The notes beneath the pieces are model-generated. The model was not told where the DNA came from, did no database searches, and saw nothing but the letters and a program-made list of their open reading frames with translations. A DNA stretch of 33,976 nucleotides, taken from sequence record DRR723986_4163; one strand, written 5' to 3'. A program made the position numbers and the translations under genes. Positions 31,171-33,976 of the stretch are shown here, in pieces; position 1 is the first letter of the stretch; every line of letters begins with the position of its first letter.

Positions 31171-33942
31171 GTGTTTGCCATTCGAAGCGGTTTTATCGCC
31201 TGTTGTATCATTCTCAGCGCCTGTGGTGGCGGGAGTTCATCGGGCAGTGACAACAGTAGTGCGCCCGCTGATAACAGCGAGCTGACGATTATTGGCGAAA
31301 CGGAAGTCGCCGCGCAAAGTACGCAAATTCTATTAGCACAGGATAACAGCGATAGCGCCATGACTGCGCCGTGGCAGTGGACGGTCGTCTCCGGCCAGTC
31401 CCTGCTGGAAACCACCGAGGTTGATGAAGAGCGTTTTCAATATCGCAGCGTGGCGCTGAACGGCCCTGCCAGTATTCGTGTGCGTGTGCAGCGTCAGGCT
31501 GCCGACGGGGAGCCCCGATCTGCCGAAACCTCGATTCAGTTAAGGCCGGCTAACGATACAGCAATGGCGCCGCGGGTGGATGCTGGTTCAGATAAAGTGG
31601 CTGATGAAGGGGAAGAAATTACGCTCTATTCCTCGGTAACGGCGCGCAACGGCCGCAGTATCAGGGCCCTTTCCTGGCAGCAAACGGCGGGGCCGAGTGC
31701 CACGATTATTGGCGCCAGTGACCAAGACAGCTTGCACCTCCGCCTGCCCCAGGTTGAGCAAGATGACACCCTGCGCTTTCGTCTGAGTGCCCGGGACAGC
31801 GGCGGCTTTATCGGTAGTGACAACACCTCGGTGCAGTTGCGCAATGTGTTTCAAAACCGTCTACCCATTGTCGATGTGGGCGATAGTTTCGACGCGCGTG
31901 GCCGTGAGCGGGTGAGCCTTAGTGCATCGGCGATTGATCCCGATGGCGACATTGTCAGTGTGCGTTGGCAGGGTTTGGGTGAAGATAACGACCTTGTGAT
32001 AGATGGGGCCGACACCCTGCAGGCAAGTTTTGTTGCACCCAATCCCAGTGAGGCACGAGACCTGGTACTGAGGTTGACGGCAACCGACAACAGCGGCGGT
32101 AGTGCCAGCGCCGACCTGCGTATCCATCTGTTGCCGGTCGCAAATCGGGCGCCACAAATCGAGCGTGTTGAGGTCGACCCCGGGGTTGCCTACAGCGGCG
32201 AAACCGTTTTCTTGCGCGGCATCGCCAGCGACGCTGACGCCGATGCCCTGCAAACAATTTGGCAGCAGGGCGAAACGAGCGGCGATGTGCGTTTGGGCCT
32301 GCGCGATGCCGACAAGCCCAATGCCAGCTTTATTGTTCCAGCGCTCAGTGAGCCCGTGCTTGTTGAAATAGCGTGGCAGGTGAGCGATGGTCGCGCGCAG
32401 ACCGAGGAGCGTCGCAGCTTGCAGTTGGTGCCGCGGGAAGCGCAAAGCCCGGATCCTTTGTCGTGCTTAATGGACCCACTGCAACCCGGTTGCCCCCTCT
32501 ACCCGCTGTCTTCGATACTTGATCCGCAAGCCTTTCTGGCCTGCTCAGACCCGTTAAGCAGCGACTGCATACTCGGCGACCTCATCGGCCCGTCGCTGCG
32601 CCAATGCTTGCGCCAACCTTCTGCCGAGGGCTGCGCGGAGGCTTTGCTGGATGTTACCGAGCCAAGCTATGTGCTTGAGCAAATTGGCCCGGAGGCACCC
32701 GCCGATGCCTGCACCCCCGCGTATGATCCCGATAGCTTCGAGGATTACATCGGTGCGATGCACGAGCACACCGCCTACTCTGACGGCACGCCGCTAACCA
32801 AGCCTGCGGATGTGTATCGTCGGGTGAAGGAACTTGGCTACGACTTCGTCGCCTCCTCTGACCATTCCGATAACCTGGGCATCCCCCTCTCCACGGGCAT
32901 AGGCCGGGCAGAATGCCCACCTGAAAACTTTCTTTACTGCCTGTTTTTGGTTGACGAGCAACGCCCGCAGGATGCACTGGCCAAGTGGGCAGCGACGCTT
33001 AGTCAAAGCAATGCCGCCACTACCGATAATTTCACGGCTATACGCGGCTTTGAATGGACCTCGGACCGATTCGGCCATGCGAATGTCTACTTCTCGCGCA
33101 ATATCATCAATGCCAAAACCGGCCCCGGATACGCGGTGAGTATGGCCTTGTTTTGGCAGTGGTTTACCTATCCTGCGCAGTTTGGCGGCGGCAGTGATGG
33201 ACTGCTTAGCTTTAATCACCCCGGCCGTGAAGATGCCTTGGAATCCGCCTTTGAGTTTGCCGGCGGTGACCCGGCTTTTACATTCAATGATTTTCGCTAT
33301 GTCGATACCGCTGACTACCGCGTTGTCGGTATTGAGGTCTTTGGCAAGGGCAGTGAATACGATAGCGATGGGCCGGGCGGGAGCTGGTTGAGTTATGCCC
33401 TGGATAAGGGCTGGCACCTCGCGCCGATCAGCTCAGAAGACCATCACGGCATTCACTGGGGTGACCCCGACTTACCAAAAACCGTGATCCGGGCGCGCTC
33501 TCGCAGCCTTGATGATTTGCGAGAGGCGCTGTTGGCAAGGCGGATATATGCCGTGGCGCAACACTACAGTGACTTGCGTTTGGACTACCGCGTGGCTGAT
33601 GCCACCCTGGGAGCGAGAATTCGTCAACCGGCGGGCAGCGTGTTGCCTTATCGAGTATCGGTGAGCCTGCATGGCCAAGTTATGTCGAGCGCTGTGGTGC
33701 AGTTGGTTGGGCCGGGGAACACCGTGTTAGCACAGGCGACAGGCGGCGAGCTACAGGGTGAGCTTTCCGTAGGCAGCAACAAAAAATACGCCTTTGTTAG
33801 GGTGTTAGATTCGGCGAATAATAACCGTCCGGTGGCGTTTTCAGCGCCGATTTGGCTGCTGCCAGGCGACGCGCCGCTGCCATTGTGCCGCCCGCCTTCG
33901 GTCTGGGAAGGGGATAGTTTGCTCTATCCCGCGCTGCCTTAG
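31171..33942 (+). CDS. Predicted lipoprotein with PKD/Ig-like repeats and a C-terminal PHP-type (CehA/McbA-like) metallohydrolase domain
   Basis: Lipobox ILSA-C18 plus GGGSSSG linker; repeats such as VDAGSD...LSWQQTAGP and AIDPDGDIVSVRWQ; metal-ligand motifs HEHTAYSDG, SSDH, GFEWT, GHAN, FNHPG, SEDHH. Confidence 0.8.
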   Translation: MFAIRSGFIACCIILSACGGGSSSGSDNSSAPADNSELTIIGETEVAAQSTQILLAQDNSDSAMTAPWQWTVVSGQSLLETTEVDEERFQYRSVALNGPASIRVRVQRQAADGEPRSAETSIQLRPANDTAMAPRVDAGSDKVADEGEEITLYSSVTARNGRSIRALSWQQTAGPSATIIGASDQDSLHLRLPQVEQDDTLRFRLSARDSGGFIGSDNTSVQLRNVFQNRLPIVDVGDSFDARGRERVSLSASAIDPDGDIVSVRWQGLGEDNDLVIDGADTLQASFVAPNPSEARDLVLRLTATDNSGGSASADLRIHLLPVANRAPQIERVEVDPGVAYSGETVFLRGIASDADADALQTIWQQGETSGDVRLGLRDADKPNASFIVPALSEPVLVEIAWQVSDGRAQTEERRSLQLVPREAQSPDPLSCLMDPLQPGCPLYPLSSILDPQAFLACSDPLSSDCILGDLIGPSLRQCLRQPSAEGCAEALLDVTEPSYVLEQIGPEAPADACTPAYDPDSFEDYIGAMHEHTAYSDGTPLTKPADVYRRVKELGYDFVASSDHSDNLGIPLSTGIGRAECPPENFLYCLFLVDEQRPQDALAKWAATLSQSNAATTDNFTAIRGFEWTSDRFGHANVYFSRNIINAKTGPGYAVSMALFWQWFTYPAQFGGGSDGLLSFNHPGREDALESAFEFAGGDPAFTFNDFRYVDTADYRVVGIEVFGKGSEYDSDGPGGSWLSYALDKGWHLAPISSEDHHGIHWGDPDLPKTVIRARSRSLDDLREALLARRIYAVAQHYSDLRLDYRVADATLGARIRQPAGSVLPYRVSVSLHGQVMSSAVVQLVGPGNTVLAQATGGELQGELSVGSNKKYAFVRVLDSANNNRPVAFSAPIWLLPGDAPLPLCRPPSVWEGDSLLYPALP

Positions 33943-33976
33943 CCTAGCCAGTGCACGCGAGAGGCTCCGCTGAGCC

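Noticed and set aside
33963-33976. GGCTC-cgct-GAGCC hairpin after the lipoprotein gene
   Set aside because: Only 5 bp visible and cut by the window edge, so it cannot be called a terminator.

Overview
This is the replication-origin region of a gammaproteobacterial chromosome; the gene order is Pseudomonas/Cellvibrionales-like, and the taxon is inferred. The minus strand carries rpmH-rnpA-yidD-yidC-mnmE, then a three-gene accessory block (TonB-dependent receptor, periplasmic ABC-type binding protein with no transporter, hybrid histidine kinase). Next come an AT-rich DnaA-box cluster, mnmG-rsmG-parA-parB and the atpIBEFHAGD operon, with atpD cut by the window edge. The plus strand carries dnaA-dnaN-recF-gyrB, followed by convergent glyQ-glyS-plsC, then djlA and a 923-aa predicted lipoprotein with PKD-like repeats and a PHP-type metallohydrolase domain. 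Non-coding signals are two separate DnaA-box/AT-rich clusters about 9 kb apart, two parS sites inside recF, a terminator between dnaN and recF, and tandem Pho-box-like repeats upstream of the lipoprotein. The strongest candidate for an undescribed system is the receptor + binding protein + hybrid kinase operon, a putative trans-envelope sensing circuit next to an origin-like element. The second is the putatively phosphate-regulated surface phosphoesterase. I found no RNA genes, mobile elements or CRISPR arrays. All family calls come from motifs read by eye; no database search was run.
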